From an uncultured Bacteroidota bacterium (lineage in GTDB: Bacteria > Bacteroidota > Ignavibacteria > UBA10030 > UBA6906): a DNA stretch of 64,000 nt. Numbering within the stretch: the first letter of the stretch is position 1; every line of letters begins with the position of its first letter. The DNA lies in contig CAVOYH010000003.1 of NCBI GenBank assembly GCA_963700635.1, forward strand, positions 928,001-992,000, read 5' to 3'. A program made the position numbers and the translations under genes. Of this stretch, positions 30,068 through 40,592 are shown piece by piece. The notes beneath the pieces were generated by a model that was not told where the DNA came from, made no database searches, and saw only the letters and a list, made by a program, of their open reading frames with translations.

Positions 30068-30628
30068 ATGCGCACGGCACTTCTTGCGTTGAAGATTCTG
30101 GTGGGCGCCTACATCCTGTACATTCTCTATGTGCTGGCTACCGCGTATGCGCCGGGGGAACGCCCCACCAACCCTCCCCTCTTCCTGTTCATACTGGACA
30201 CCATTAACCTGTTCATTCACGAGGCCGGCCACTTTTTTACCATTCCGTTCGGTCAGGTGATCTATGTCCTTGGTGGGTCACTTGTCCAGGTGGCCTTACC
30301 TGCTGCGCTGCTTGTGGTAACATTGATGCAGCAGGCTCACCAAGCGCCGTATTCGGCGTTCTGGGTTGGTGAAAGTATGATCAACGTGAGCGTCTATATT
30401 GCCGATGCGCCCTACCGGAAGCTGCACCTGATCGGCCGGGGAACAAAACACGACTGGCACTGGCTGCTCTCGAATAACCTGGAAGCCGCCGAGCCTTTGT
30501 CCGTCATCGTCTACGTCGTCGGAATGGGAATCTGTATCGGCTCTCTCGTAGCATTTCTTACGTTCGCGGTGAGTGATTACCGTAATGCCTCTCCCTCAAT
30601 GGCGGGCGGGGCAGCCCGACGGGCCTGA
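30068..30628 (+). CDS. Small membrane protein with HExxH motif (M50-like metallopeptidase)
   Basis: NLFIHEAGH, YIADA, HDW; several TM segments. Confidence 0.65.
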   Translation: MRTALLALKILVGAYILYILYVLATAYAPGERPTNPPLFLFILDTINLFIHEAGHFFTIPFGQVIYVLGGSLVQVALPAALLVVTLMQQAHQAPYSAFWVGESMINVSVYIADAPYRKLHLIGRGTKHDWHWLLSNNLEAAEPLSVIVYVVGMGICIGSLVAFLTFAVSDYRNASPSMAGGAARRA

Positions 30629-30716
30629 ATGTGCGTTTTCGGGCTGAAATGGTCGGTTTTCGGTATTGGAATTCCCTTCCCCAATCCGTACCTTAAATGA
30701 TACACTTTTACATGCC

Positions 30717-31577
30717 ATGGGACTCTATCCTCAGCCAAATAAGTGGTCGTGCGGTCCGTTCGCGCTGAAATACGCGCTCATCATGCTCGGGAAAATTGTT
30801 GATGAAAAGGACGTATCCCGAATTGCCGGAACGCACTGGTGGGCAGGGACGGACGAAATCAAACTCGGCCGAGCCGCCCGCGCGTACAACTGTGACCTTC
30901 GTATCGTACGCCGGACCAGTTCTCTCCGCGCAAAACGTGAAATTCAGCTTGCCCTGAAAAAGGGGTATCCCTGTCTGCTCTGTGTCGACGGGTGGGAGCA
31001 CTGGATCACCGTCGTTGGGGCTGAACGCGGGAAGTTTATTTCCGTTGACAGCCGGGAGGCGCCGGTTGTGCTGATCGACACGTGGCCCATGCTCGAGAAA
31101 CGCTGGGTCTACAAGGAAGCCGACGAGGATGATTCCACGCAAGAAAAACGGCTGTACGATCTGCATACGGTTGTCCCCCGGTTTCGTATGAGAACCAGGG
31201 CACGACTTTCGTTAAAACGCGCCCGGTACCTCCGGCGCCCGGAGAACAGGGCCTTTGCAACGCACTGGGATGAATACTTCAACGATATCACCACCATATG
31301 CACTCCCCGGACGCCGCTGAGCGAAAAGGTGATGACCATGGGTGAGTTTCTTCGCCGTCACGGTTCGATGTTAAAAAGTGAGATCGCGCACTGGCACGGC
31401 TCTGTGAGTCCTGAACAGATCGGCCGCATCCTCGGAAACCTGAAATTCATCGCCGAAACGTATGATCTCGTCATACGGGAAGAGAGTGAAAAGCACGCCA
31501 TTGTGGCCATCAGCGCAAATCTCGCGCTCTGGACGGCCAGCAAATACGGCGTGAACGAGATCTACGGTAACGAGTGA
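30717..31577 (+). CDS. Stand-alone C39-like cysteine peptidase domain protein
   Basis: QPNKWSCGPFAL (QxxxxxCG), GT motif, EHWITV, VDS give a Cys-His-Asp triad. Confidence 0.7.
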   Translation: MGLYPQPNKWSCGPFALKYALIMLGKIVDEKDVSRIAGTHWWAGTDEIKLGRAARAYNCDLRIVRRTSSLRAKREIQLALKKGYPCLLCVDGWEHWITVVGAERGKFISVDSREAPVVLIDTWPMLEKRWVYKEADEDDSTQEKRLYDLHTVVPRFRMRTRARLSLKRARYLRRPENRAFATHWDEYFNDITTICTPRTPLSEKVMTMGEFLRRHGSMLKSEIAHWHGSVSPEQIGRILGNLKFIAETYDLVIREESEKHAIVAISANLALWTASKYGVNEIYGNE

Positions 31578-31587
31578 GAGTCGTTCG

Positions 31588-32697
31588 GTGAACATCCTGC
31601 TGACAAATTCCACCGATATTTTTGCGGGTGGGGAAGATTACGTTCTTATTCTTGCAAAATATCTCCGGGCGCGCGGTCATGCCCTCTGGGTGTCCGCCCT
31701 GCCGGGGCATCTCCTTCTGGAGAAATGTGCGACAGCCGGACTTCCGACCCTTCCGATAGCGTATAGCGGTATGGACCGGGTGTTTGCCGTATCCCGCACA
31801 CTGCGCGCACATCTGCGCGCGTTGAACATCCACATTGTCCACAGTAATGCCAACTACGACCGGACCTGCGCCGCGCTGGCAGCAGGATGGTCCCGCACGC
31901 GCCACGTTGCGGGTATTCATAGCACACACTCCATTCAGCATAACCTCACACACTGGCTGCGGAACCGGTACGGCACTGCCCATTTTATCACCGACGCGGA
32001 TGCCGGTCGTGACGTGCTGATACGCGAAGACCATATCCCGGGCGAACGGATCACCACGGTTGCCATCGGCATCGAAGACGATCCTCCGGCCTTCCGGCAC
32101 GAGATGCGCGCACGCAAACGCCAGCAGCTGGGTGTCGACGGGACTGTCACCGTGATCGGCAACGTCGCCCGGCTGGTGCCATTCAAAGGGCACCGGTATC
32201 TATTGGAGGCAATTGCACTGGTCGCCCGCAGCGAACCGCGGGTCCTCTTCCCGATTATCGGCGACGGGGAGCTGCTCCAGGAGCTGAAGGCTCAGGCACA
32301 GATGCTGGACGTCGAAGGCGTGGTGCGGTTCCTGGGATTCCAGGATCACCTTGAAGAATGGTATCCGGCGTTCGACATCTATACGCACTCTTCTCTTGAG
32401 CTGGCCGCGGAGATGTTTCCCATTGCCATTCTCCGGGCGCTCGCGGCAGAGTTGCCGGTGGTCTGCACGAACGTCGGTGGTATTTCGCTGATGGTCGAAG
32501 AGGGCCGTTCCGGTTTTCTCGTACCGCCGGAAGATCCGGCCAAACTTGCCGACGCATTGTTGAAGGTGATACACGATCCGGGCCGGCGCACGGCCATGGG
32601 CACGGCATCCGCCGAGCTGTTTCGGGGGAAATTCCACGCACGTACAATGGCTGAAAACGTGGAGCGGGTGTATTCCCACGTGCAGGAAAGAGTTTGA
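31588..32697 (+). CDS. Glycosyltransferase family 4
   Basis: GGE, VARLVPFKGH, IGDGEL, PVVCTNVGG. Confidence 0.9.
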   Translation: MNILLTNSTDIFAGGEDYVLILAKYLRARGHALWVSALPGHLLLEKCATAGLPTLPIAYSGMDRVFAVSRTLRAHLRALNIHIVHSNANYDRTCAALAAGWSRTRHVAGIHSTHSIQHNLTHWLRNRYGTAHFITDADAGRDVLIREDHIPGERITTVAIGIEDDPPAFRHEMRARKRQQLGVDGTVTVIGNVARLVPFKGHRYLLEAIALVARSEPRVLFPIIGDGELLQELKAQAQMLDVEGVVRFLGFQDHLEEWYPAFDIYTHSSLELAAEMFPIAILRALAAELPVVCTNVGGISLMVEEGRSGFLVPPEDPAKLADALLKVIHDPGRRTAMGTASAELFRGKFHARTMAENVERVYSHVQERV

Positions 32698-32698
32698 T

Positions 32699-33829
32699 AT
32701 GCAGATCCCGTTCCATATCCCGTATTACGATGAAGATGACGCGCGCGCGGTCGCTGCATCTGTTCGGTCCGGCCGACTTGTCGGTGACGGACCGGCAACG
32801 GAACGGGCGTCCGAACTCCTCCGCTCCATGTTCCGGGTTAAGCACGTGCTTTTGACACCATCCTGCACCCATGCTCTTGAGCTGGCCATGATGACCGTTG
32901 ACCTCCAGCCGGACGACGAGGTGATCGTGCCGAGCTTTACGTTTGTCTCCAGCACCAATGCGATCCTGCGCCAGCGGGCCCGCCCGGTGTTTGCCGATAT
33001 TTCGCCGGATACCCTGACACTCGAAGCTCCGGAGGTGGAAAAGCGGCGTACCTCACGCACAAAAGCGATTATGCCGATAGTCTACGCGGGAGTCTCACCC
33101 GACCTTGACGTCATCCAGTCACAGGTCTCCGGCACAGGAATTGTGGTCATTGAAGACGCCGCGCAGGGTGTGGCGGCGGCGTATCGTGGACGTCCCGCGG
33201 GGACGACCGGCCAAATCGGGTGCTTCAGCTTTCACGAAACGAAGAATTTTTCTACGGGTGAAGGCGGGGCATTTGTCAGCAATGATGACCGGCTGATACA
33301 GAGAGCCGAGATCATTCGCGAAAAAGGAACCAACCGGAAACAGTTCCTGCTCGGCCTGGTGGACAAGTACACCTGGGTGGAGACCGGCAGCAGTTTTCTA
33401 CCCCCGGATTCAATGGGGGCGCTGTTGATGAGCCAGATAAAAAAACGTGAAATCATTCAGCGGAAAAGAAAGCAGATCCATGAACGGTACACGGATGAAT
33501 TCTCCGGCCTGGCAGAACACGGGGCGCTTGTTCTGCCGACACTTCCCGCGTATGTGACCTCCAACCATCACATTTTCTATGTGTTGATGGAGAACGAAGC
33601 TGTGCGCAACCGTGCACTCGCATTCTTCCGTGAACGGGGTATCGGCACAACCTTTCATTATCTTCCGTTGCATCTTTCTCCCATGGGTCGGCGGTGGGGG
33701 CATGCCGAAGGAGACTTTCCCGTCACAGAGTCCGTCAGTGAACGCCTGTTGCGGCTCCCCATTTATCCGTCACTGGCGGATGATGCCCTCACGTATGTTG
33801 CCACGTCGATGAAGGAATTCTTCGCATGA
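32699..33829 (+). CDS. rffA: dTDP-4-amino-4,6-dideoxygalactose transaminase (DegT family)
   Basis: TPSCTHALE, IEDAAQG, SFHETKN, REKGTNR, VDKYTW. Confidence 0.88.
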   Translation: MQIPFHIPYYDEDDARAVAASVRSGRLVGDGPATERASELLRSMFRVKHVLLTPSCTHALELAMMTVDLQPDDEVIVPSFTFVSSTNAILRQRARPVFADISPDTLTLEAPEVEKRRTSRTKAIMPIVYAGVSPDLDVIQSQVSGTGIVVIEDAAQGVAAAYRGRPAGTTGQIGCFSFHETKNFSTGEGGAFVSNDDRLIQRAEIIREKGTNRKQFLLGLVDKYTWVETGSSFLPPDSMGALLMSQIKKREIIQRKRKQIHERYTDEFSGLAEHGALVLPTLPAYVTSNHHIFYVLMENEAVRNRALAFFRERGIGTTFHYLPLHLSPMGRRWGHAEGDFPVTESVSERLLRLPIYPSLADDALTYVATSMKEFFA

Positions 33830-34497
33830 AACCCGGTGTAATCCAGATGGTTCTGATGGTGTGCGTGGTATTCGGTGGATGTGCGACGGAGCCGTCTCTG
33901 CCTCCCCTGTCAGCGGCAGATAGTCTGCGCATCGTGCAAGAGAACCTGGAGCATCGCGCATCCATGGATGCGTTTTTTGCGCAGGATCCGGGGTCACCGT
34001 TTGTCCGTGATACGACTGTGACGTACACAGGAATAAAGTGGTTTCCGGTTGATCCCCGGTATTGCGTGAGCAGCGTTCTGCACCGTTATCCCGATCCGAA
34101 GACGGTGAAGATTGCGGGAACCAAGGGCGAAATACGTGAACAGCTCCGGTACGGATATTTTGAAGTTGTTGTGCCGGACACAGACGGGAATGCGGGTTCG
34201 CTGCGGTTTCATGTGTACAAATTTACACCCCGTGACTCGCTGCGATACGCGCGGTACCGCAACCATCTGAGCATGTGGTGCACCGACCTGACGACGGGGA
34301 AAGAAACATACCATGTGGGACGATATCTCGAGCTCGGGGAGGAGCATCCGGACCCCGAACACGTCTACAGTCTTGACCTGAACAAATTGTTTAACCCATA
34401 CTGTGCATACAGTGATCTCTACTCCTGCGCAGTTCCCAGCGAAGAGGATCGCCTCCCCATTGCGCTCCACGTCGGCGAAATGAACTATCACGAGTAA
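33826..34497 (+). CDS. DUF1684-like lipoprotein
   Basis: Lipobox-like FGGC, DLTTGKETY..GRYL, LDLNKLFNPYCAY. Confidence 0.8.
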   Translation: MKPGVIQMVLMVCVVFGGCATEPSLPPLSAADSLRIVQENLEHRASMDAFFAQDPGSPFVRDTTVTYTGIKWFPVDPRYCVSSVLHRYPDPKTVKIAGTKGEIREQLRYGYFEVVVPDTDGNAGSLRFHVYKFTPRDSLRYARYRNHLSMWCTDLTTGKETYHVGRYLELGEEHPDPEHVYSLDLNKLFNPYCAYSDLYSCAVPSEEDRLPIALHVGEMNYHE

Positions 34498-34498
34498 T

Positions 34499-35732
34499 AT
34501 GGACCAGCACAAACTCTACCGGACGATCCAGCTCCTTGCCGAAACACCGTTTCGCACGGAAGACCAGCTCATCAGCCATGTTCTGGACAGCATAGTCAAG
34601 AGCGACCAGATTTCGGTTCGTGGCGGGCGGATCTGGAAGCTTGAAACCATTACCGGGTCGTACCGCCTGATCCACCAGAGCGGAGATATGGCCGTCATTG
34701 ATAAAAATTTCAGAATCCGGGTCCAGGATTACCCGCTCTTCCAGCAGCTGTCAAAAAAAGGGACGATTATCGGCAAGGAAACAAATCCGTATCTTGCCGA
34801 GAAAGGAATCAAAAGGTTCTCGGCCACGGGTGTAGGTGAAAAGATCCAGATCAAAAATATCACGCTGTACCAGTATGTTATCGGCATTACTGCGGCGTTT
34901 ATGAAGCAGGAAATGAAATTTGCGCTGAACATCATCAGTACCGCGCTCACCTCCGTTCTGAAAAACCGAAAAGCTGAAACCAAAGCGCGGCAACTCGAGG
35001 CGGACCTGGATAAGGCCCGGGACATTCAGAAGAGCATCCTTCCTGCACATGAACTCCGCTTTCACAACTATGATCTTTACGGCGTCTCCCTCCCTGACAG
35101 AGTTGTTGGAGGAGATTTTTTTGACTATCTGCAGGCTACGGGGGATAAAGAGCGCCTTGGTATCGTCATCGGGGATGCGGCAAGCAAAGGAATGTCGGCG
35201 GCTTCTCAGGCCCTGTATGTTTCAGGCGCGCTCCGGATGAGTGTGGAATATCAGATTAAGGTCGGCTCGCTGGTGACACGCCTGAATGCACTTGTCAACC
35301 GCGTGTTTACTCCTGAACACTTTATCTCCATGGTGTATGCAGAATTAAATGCATCCGACAGGGGATTGGTGATCTACGTGAACGCAGGGCACAGCGCCCC
35401 TCTCGTTCTGCGCGCAGGTACTGATGATATAGAGCGCCTTCCTGCAACGGGACAACTCATCGGACCATTCCCGCGCGAGATCTACCATTCGGACTTTACG
35501 ATTCTCAACCGCGGAGATATCATGCTGCTCTACACCGATGGAATCGTGGAAGCCTCGACAGAAAGGGGGGACATGTACGGGGAAGGCACGGCTGATCCGT
35601 GCGCTGAAACAGCATCGTAAACGGACACCCCGGGAATTGTGCGCTCTGATTCTGGAGGAAGTCCAGATCTTCAGCAAAATGGGAGATTACTCGGACGACA
35701 AAACCCTGGTCGTGATCAAACGATCGCGGTAA
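34499..35732 (+). pseudogene. SpoIIE/RsbU-type PP2C phosphatase, frameshifted near the 3' end
   Basis: VGGDFFD, IGDAASKG, NAGH, LYTDGIVEA in one frame (stop 35620); C-terminal ..RLIRAL...SDDKTLVVIKR lies in the +1 frame ending at 35732. Confidence 0.75.
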
Positions 35733-35753
35733 GGGTCTATCGGTTGTCGGTTC

Positions 35754-37220
35754 CTATTTTGTCAGGATCAATGATCTGGTCATACTCCCTCTTACCGTCT
35801 GCAACCGGTAATAATACACGCCACTTGACTCCCCCCCCGCAACAAACGTAACAGTATGACGACCCGCAGGTTTGGCCCCGTTGACGAGGAGAGCGACCTC
35901 GCGTCCAAGCATGTCAAAAACGGAAAGGCGCACCCTTCCCGGATCCGGGATTCCGAATACAATCGTCGTGGAAGGATTAAACGGATTGGGATAGTTCTGT
36001 TCCAGGACATCCCTCACCGGATGTAGTGCCGGAGGAGATTCCGCTCCGGTCGTTGCGGATCCCGAAAAGCGGTAGATGGCTGTTGGAACATCGCGGTTGT
36101 AGGAGAGAATATACAGCTCATGTTCCCTATCCATGCCAAATCCCGAGATAGCATACGGTGTGTCGATGAGCAGGGAATCAGCCACGACTACTCCGCCCGC
36201 GCGCCGGAGGAGCCAGATTCTTCCTGAACCGTAATCTGCGTAGATATATGCCCCTGCGAATTCCGGCCTTCGGGGCCCCCGGTAGATGTACCCTCCGGTG
36301 ACGGAATACCCAAGGGAGCGGTTGTAGTCCTTCACGGGGAAGATCAAACCCGCGGTCGTGCATCCCGTTGTGGGTGGGCGGCAAATGGCGCCCTCCATGA
36401 TCTTCCATCCGTAGTTCCCCCCTTTTTCCACGAGATCAATCTCCTCGCGCGCACCCTGCCCCACATCACCAGCCCAGAGTTCGCCTGTTGGGGCATCGAT
36501 GCTGAAGCGCCAGGGATTACGAAACCCGTAGGCCCAGATTTCCTCCCGGAACCCTTCAGTGTTGTTGATATACGGGTTATCGCCCGGGATCGTGTATCGT
36601 CGTTGCGCAGTGCTGTCGCGAATGTTGATACGGAGGATCTTGCCAAGCAGTGATGTGCGGTTCTGCGCCACATTGCCGGGATCGTTGCCATCACCCCCGT
36701 CGCCAAGCCCGATGTAAAGATATCCATCTGGTCCGAACGCGATCATGCCCCCGTTATGATTGCTGTAGGGTTGCTCTACCTCCAGAATACGAATTTCGCT
36801 CGACGGCAGGGCCATGTCGGGAGTCCCGGGGCCGACGGTGTATCGTGCTATCACCGTGCGACAGACAGAGGGTGGCGATGTGGGAGACGTATAGCTGACG
36901 AAGAATAACCCGTTGACTGCGAAGTCGGGATGAAAGGCGAGCCCGAGCAGTCCCTCCTCCCCGCCCGGAGAACTCAGCCGGAAGCCGATATCCAGGTACA
37001 CAGAAGATGTTGTTACAGCGGAGTCGTTGGAGAATACACGAATGATGCCGTTCTGTTGAACGACAAAGACACGGTTGGTGCCGTCGGGCGCAGCGGCCAG
37101 AAGCACCGGCCTGGTGAACGTAAGATTGGGATAGGCATTCACGAGGGAGACGGGCTGGGAGTGGATTGGTGTGGACACACAGAGCAGCAGGGCTCCGGCA
37201 AACAGTAAGGTCCGTCTCAT
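35754..37220 (-). CDS. Glucose/sorbosone (PQQ-type beta-propeller) dehydrogenase with T9SS C-terminal domain
   Basis: GEEGLLGLAFHPDF, NHNGG..FGPDGYLY.GLGDGG, AYGFRNPWR, QNYPNPFNPST. Confidence 0.9.
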   Translation of the reverse strand: MRRTLLFAGALLLCVSTPIHSQPVSLVNAYPNLTFTRPVLLAAAPDGTNRVFVVQQNGIIRVFSNDSAVTTSSVYLDIGFRLSSPGGEEGLLGLAFHPDFAVNGLFFVSYTSPTSPPSVCRTVIARYTVGPGTPDMALPSSEIRILEVEQPYSNHNGGMIAFGPDGYLYIGLGDGGDGNDPGNVAQNRTSLLGKILRINIRDSTAQRRYTIPGDNPYINNTEGFREEIWAYGFRNPWRFSIDAPTGELWAGDVGQGAREEIDLVEKGGNYGWKIMEGAICRPPTTGCTTAGLIFPVKDYNRSLGYSVTGGYIYRGPRRPEFAGAYIYADYGSGRIWLLRRAGGVVVADSLLIDTPYAISGFGMDREHELYILSYNRDVPTAIYRFSGSATTGAESPPALHPVRDVLEQNYPNPFNPSTTIVFGIPDPGRVRLSVFDMLGREVALLVNGAKPAGRHTVTFVAGGESSGVYYYRLQTVRGSMTRSLILTK

Positions 37221-37365
37221 ACAGTACCCTCGCGTATGGAAGAGAACAGGGACGCACACAGCAGTGATGCCGCTGAAGGGACAGTACGGAAAAAGGGACC
37301 GACATGCAACCGTCTTGGGAGGGAGGGCCGGGGGGCGTTTGCGGGAAGATCGCCTGGAGGCGTGA

Positions 37366-39309
37366 TTACCGCGCGATGATCATCTTCTTTGTTTCGAAGA
37401 TTCCCGGCGCCTGGAGCCGGTAGAAGTAGATGCCGCTGGGAATATCAAACTTCTGGAATGAAATCTCGTAGGTTCCCTCCTGCTGATTCCCTTCGTACAC
37501 CCGCGTGATCTCCTGCCCGAGAAGATTAAAGACGGAAAGCCGCACGTACCCTGCCCGCTGGATGGTGTAGCTGATGCGAGTGGAGGGATTAAAGGGATTG
37601 GGGAAATTCTGTTCAAGCGCCGGCGCATCCGGAGTTTCCCTCTCCACCCTCAGAACCGGAGGGGGCAGATAGGAGACCGTGATCTTTCCCGATGCGGGTT
37701 CACCCATTGTGGAAAGTCTGCCATCATTCGCAATCACTCTCCAGTGGTACACCTGGCTGAGTCGCGGGAGAATGATCTCCATCGAGTCGGCATCCTCCGC
37801 GGCGAATATACGCAGAGCGTCACTGTCGAATGCCGCACTCGTGTCCATTTCGAGAACATACTGTAGCGTATCGCCGTCAGGATCGAACGAGCGTTCCCAG
37901 CGCAGGGTGACTTCGGGATCGCCGCCGGAGAAGCTCAAGACCTCTATGGCGGACGTCCCTGCAAGGCGAAAACGCGCCGGAGGATCGTTCACATTAATCA
38001 CCGAAACGGTGTGAGTCTGGGTGACCGTTCCCGCACCGTTACGCGCCTCGAGCACGAACGTCTGTTCCTGCTGAAGCGCCTGGACATTCGTCGGCGTCCA
38101 TTCCACAAAACCGTTTTGAGGATTACAGGTCATCCCCTCGGGTCCCTCGAGCAGACGGACCTCTGGCGGCGTGCCGGTGAATTCCGGGGCGTAGGTATAT
38201 GCGATTCCCTGCACTGCGTCAGCCCGGGGCTGTCCGATGAACGCCGGTGCCACGGGTGAGATCCTCAGGATCTTGCTCGACAGGTACGGTCCATTGGTGA
38301 GATACACCGCTCCATCCGGTCCCACCTGGAGGTCTGCAAAGCCCGATGGATAGCTGAAAAACCTTTCAGCGAGAAGGGAATCCCCATCTTCCGAAAACGT
38401 CGCGCGCCAGACATGAGGAAATGCGTTACCGGTGAACAGGAGAGAGCCGCGCAAATGGGGGAAACCATCACCCCGGTATACGGCCAACCCGGTGAGCAAC
38501 GGCTGACGTCCCTCGGGAAACATGAGGAGCGCACGTGCTGTCGCAGGGGGTTCTGTCCTGTCGATAAACGGCCACCCGAGGTTATCACCTTTGCGCACAC
38601 GGTATACCGCGTTGCCCGCTTCGGTTCCCCCGTCGGTACAGTACAGATCCCCGTTTTTGGGGTCGAAAGTCATCCCCTGCGGTTGACGGATCCCCCAGGC
38701 CCAGAACGGACGGACGGGGGATGGATTGTCGGGCGGAATCGAACCATCGGCATTGATACGCAGAATCTTGCCCCAGACGAAACGGCGCTGGGATGTGTCC
38801 TGAACAAGTAATTTCTGCGTAAGATGATCGCCGACGCCAACATACAGTTTTTCGTCCGGACCGAAAGCCAGGACACCGCCATTGTTCACCGTTGCGTCGG
38901 TCATGCGGGGGATTATCAGGATCTGTGCTGGACGAATACCGACGCCTGCGGAATCGGTGTACCGTTCAACGATACCAAGTCGGTCCGCCGTGCGAACATA
39001 ATAGACGAACACGTAGGGGAGATCGGGGTATGCCGGATGGACGGCGATTCCAAGAAGTCCCTGTTCGCCTTCATTCTCGACAGGGACCGTCACAAACGGC
39101 TCGGGCCGCAAGGTCCGGTCGTACAGCCGCACCCGTCCGCTGTTCTTCTCGGTAAAAAAGAACGCACCGTCACTGTGAGGTATGAAGGCCAGACTCACCG
39201 GATACTGTGCGAAAGGGGCTCGCGCGAGCGTATCAACACGGTACGACTGTGCCGCCAGAGGCGTGACCAGACAGAACAAGGCTACAAGTGGTATCCACCG
39301 GAGTATCAA
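37366..39309 (-). CDS. Glucose/sorbosone dehydrogenase-like propeller + Ig/cadherin-like domains + T9SS C-terminal domain
   Basis: GEQGLLGIAVHP, NNGG..FGPD, VINVNDPP, DPDGD, QNFPNPFNPST. Confidence 0.82.
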   Translation of the reverse strand: MILRWIPLVALFCLVTPLAAQSYRVDTLARAPFAQYPVSLAFIPHSDGAFFFTEKNSGRVRLYDRTLRPEPFVTVPVENEGEQGLLGIAVHPAYPDLPYVFVYYVRTADRLGIVERYTDSAGVGIRPAQILIIPRMTDATVNNGGVLAFGPDEKLYVGVGDHLTQKLLVQDTSQRRFVWGKILRINADGSIPPDNPSPVRPFWAWGIRQPQGMTFDPKNGDLYCTDGGTEAGNAVYRVRKGDNLGWPFIDRTEPPATARALLMFPEGRQPLLTGLAVYRGDGFPHLRGSLLFTGNAFPHVWRATFSEDGDSLLAERFFSYPSGFADLQVGPDGAVYLTNGPYLSSKILRISPVAPAFIGQPRADAVQGIAYTYAPEFTGTPPEVRLLEGPEGMTCNPQNGFVEWTPTNVQALQQEQTFVLEARNGAGTVTQTHTVSVINVNDPPARFRLAGTSAIEVLSFSGGDPEVTLRWERSFDPDGDTLQYVLEMDTSAAFDSDALRIFAAEDADSMEIILPRLSQVYHWRVIANDGRLSTMGEPASGKITVSYLPPPVLRVERETPDAPALEQNFPNPFNPSTRISYTIQRAGYVRLSVFNLLGQEITRVYEGNQQEGTYEISFQKFDIPSGIYFYRLQAPGIFETKKMIIAR

Positions 39310-39353
39310 CGGTTCAATAGTTTCCTTTCCTTGTTGAGTTCATTCCGCGGCGA

Positions 39354-40436
39354 CTACTTCTTATACAGATACGCAAGCGGCACATGACGCGCTTCTGTGC
39401 CGTTGTGAACCGAGAATTTACCCCCGCTGTATATTCGTGCACCGCCGTACTCTCCCCGGGCGTTCAAGGCATAAAACTCCACCTCAAAGCGGGGGCGGCC
39501 GTTGTCATCCTGCAGACGGCGCATTCGTGTATGGTCCACAATACTCTGCACCACATCCAGACATGCTTGTTCGGGCGACTTGCCCGCGGACATCCGCTCG
39601 ACGATCATTCTGCAGCTGCAGTTTGCAAGGTTGGCCTCTCCGCGTCCGGTGGAACCCGCCGATCCTACGGCGTTATCCGCATAAAGTCCGGCACCAACAA
39701 TGGGGGAGTCACCCACGCGTCCGGGGATCTTGAATGCCAGACCGCTGGTTGTGGTAACACACGAGAGGTTGCCATGCAGGTCGAGACCGCCGCAATGAAT
39801 TGTACCGGTGTGGCGGAAAAAGGCGCCGAAGGAGTTGCGCAACAGGGGATCGACGTTTTCGCCGATGTCTCTGTCATCCATCGTATGCGGAGGCAACCAG
39901 TCATCACGATTGGACAAGTTCTCTTTCCAGTTGAGCCATGCCAGGCGTGCTTTATCGGTGAGCAGATCTTCTTCTTTAAATCCGTGAGCACGCGCAAAAC
40001 GCAGCGCTCCATCACCGACGAGGAGAACATGGTCAGTCCGTTCCATCACGGTGAGTGCAACCCGCGACGGATTCTTGATATTTCGAAGAGACGCAACGGC
40101 ACCGGCGCGGTGTGTGGGGCCATGCATAACTGCCGCATCCAGCTCCACAACGCCTTCTTCATTCGGCAGGCCTCCATATCCCACAGAAGTGTCATTGGGG
40201 TCGTCTTCAACGATATTCACGCCGGCGACAACGGCTTCCAGGGCGTCAGAACCCCCGCGGATAAGTTCCATGGCGCGGGTGACGGCGCGTAGCCCGTTGG
40301 CGCTTGATACAACGACAGGTTGAGGTACCTGAAGGGGATGGGCTGCGGTTGATGCTTGAGACAGAACCTGTGACAGTGCTGCACCGGTTCCCAGCGTCGC
40401 CGCATTCTGGAGAAAAGTCCGTCTGTTGATTGGCAT
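39354..40436 (-). CDS. Tat-exported Ntn hydrolase, N(4)-(beta-N-acetylglucosaminyl)-L-asparaginase family
   Basis: NRRTFL Tat motif, SVGYGGLP, TTTSGLAFKIPGRVGDSP, STGRGE. Confidence 0.9.
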   Translation of the reverse strand: MPINRRTFLQNAATLGTGAALSQVLSQASTAAHPLQVPQPVVVSSANGLRAVTRAMELIRGGSDALEAVVAGVNIVEDDPNDTSVGYGGLPNEEGVVELDAAVMHGPTHRAGAVASLRNIKNPSRVALTVMERTDHVLLVGDGALRFARAHGFKEEDLLTDKARLAWLNWKENLSNRDDWLPPHTMDDRDIGENVDPLLRNSFGAFFRHTGTIHCGGLDLHGNLSCVTTTSGLAFKIPGRVGDSPIVGAGLYADNAVGSAGSTGRGEANLANCSCRMIVERMSAGKSPEQACLDVVQSIVDHTRMRRLQDDNGRPRFEVEFYALNARGEYGGARIYSGGKFSVHNGTEARHVPLAYLYKK

Positions 40437-40592
40437 AGTCAAACCCGTGCGTGTGGAGGAGGCACAATCCCCATACTCTGTAAAATAGTAATTCCATACG
40501 TGACCCGCAATGTCCCGGGATACCCGTAGCACCTCCGGAACGAAGAGGACGACCTCCTTGATCGGGAAAAAGACCCGCAGTATATTCTTGAC

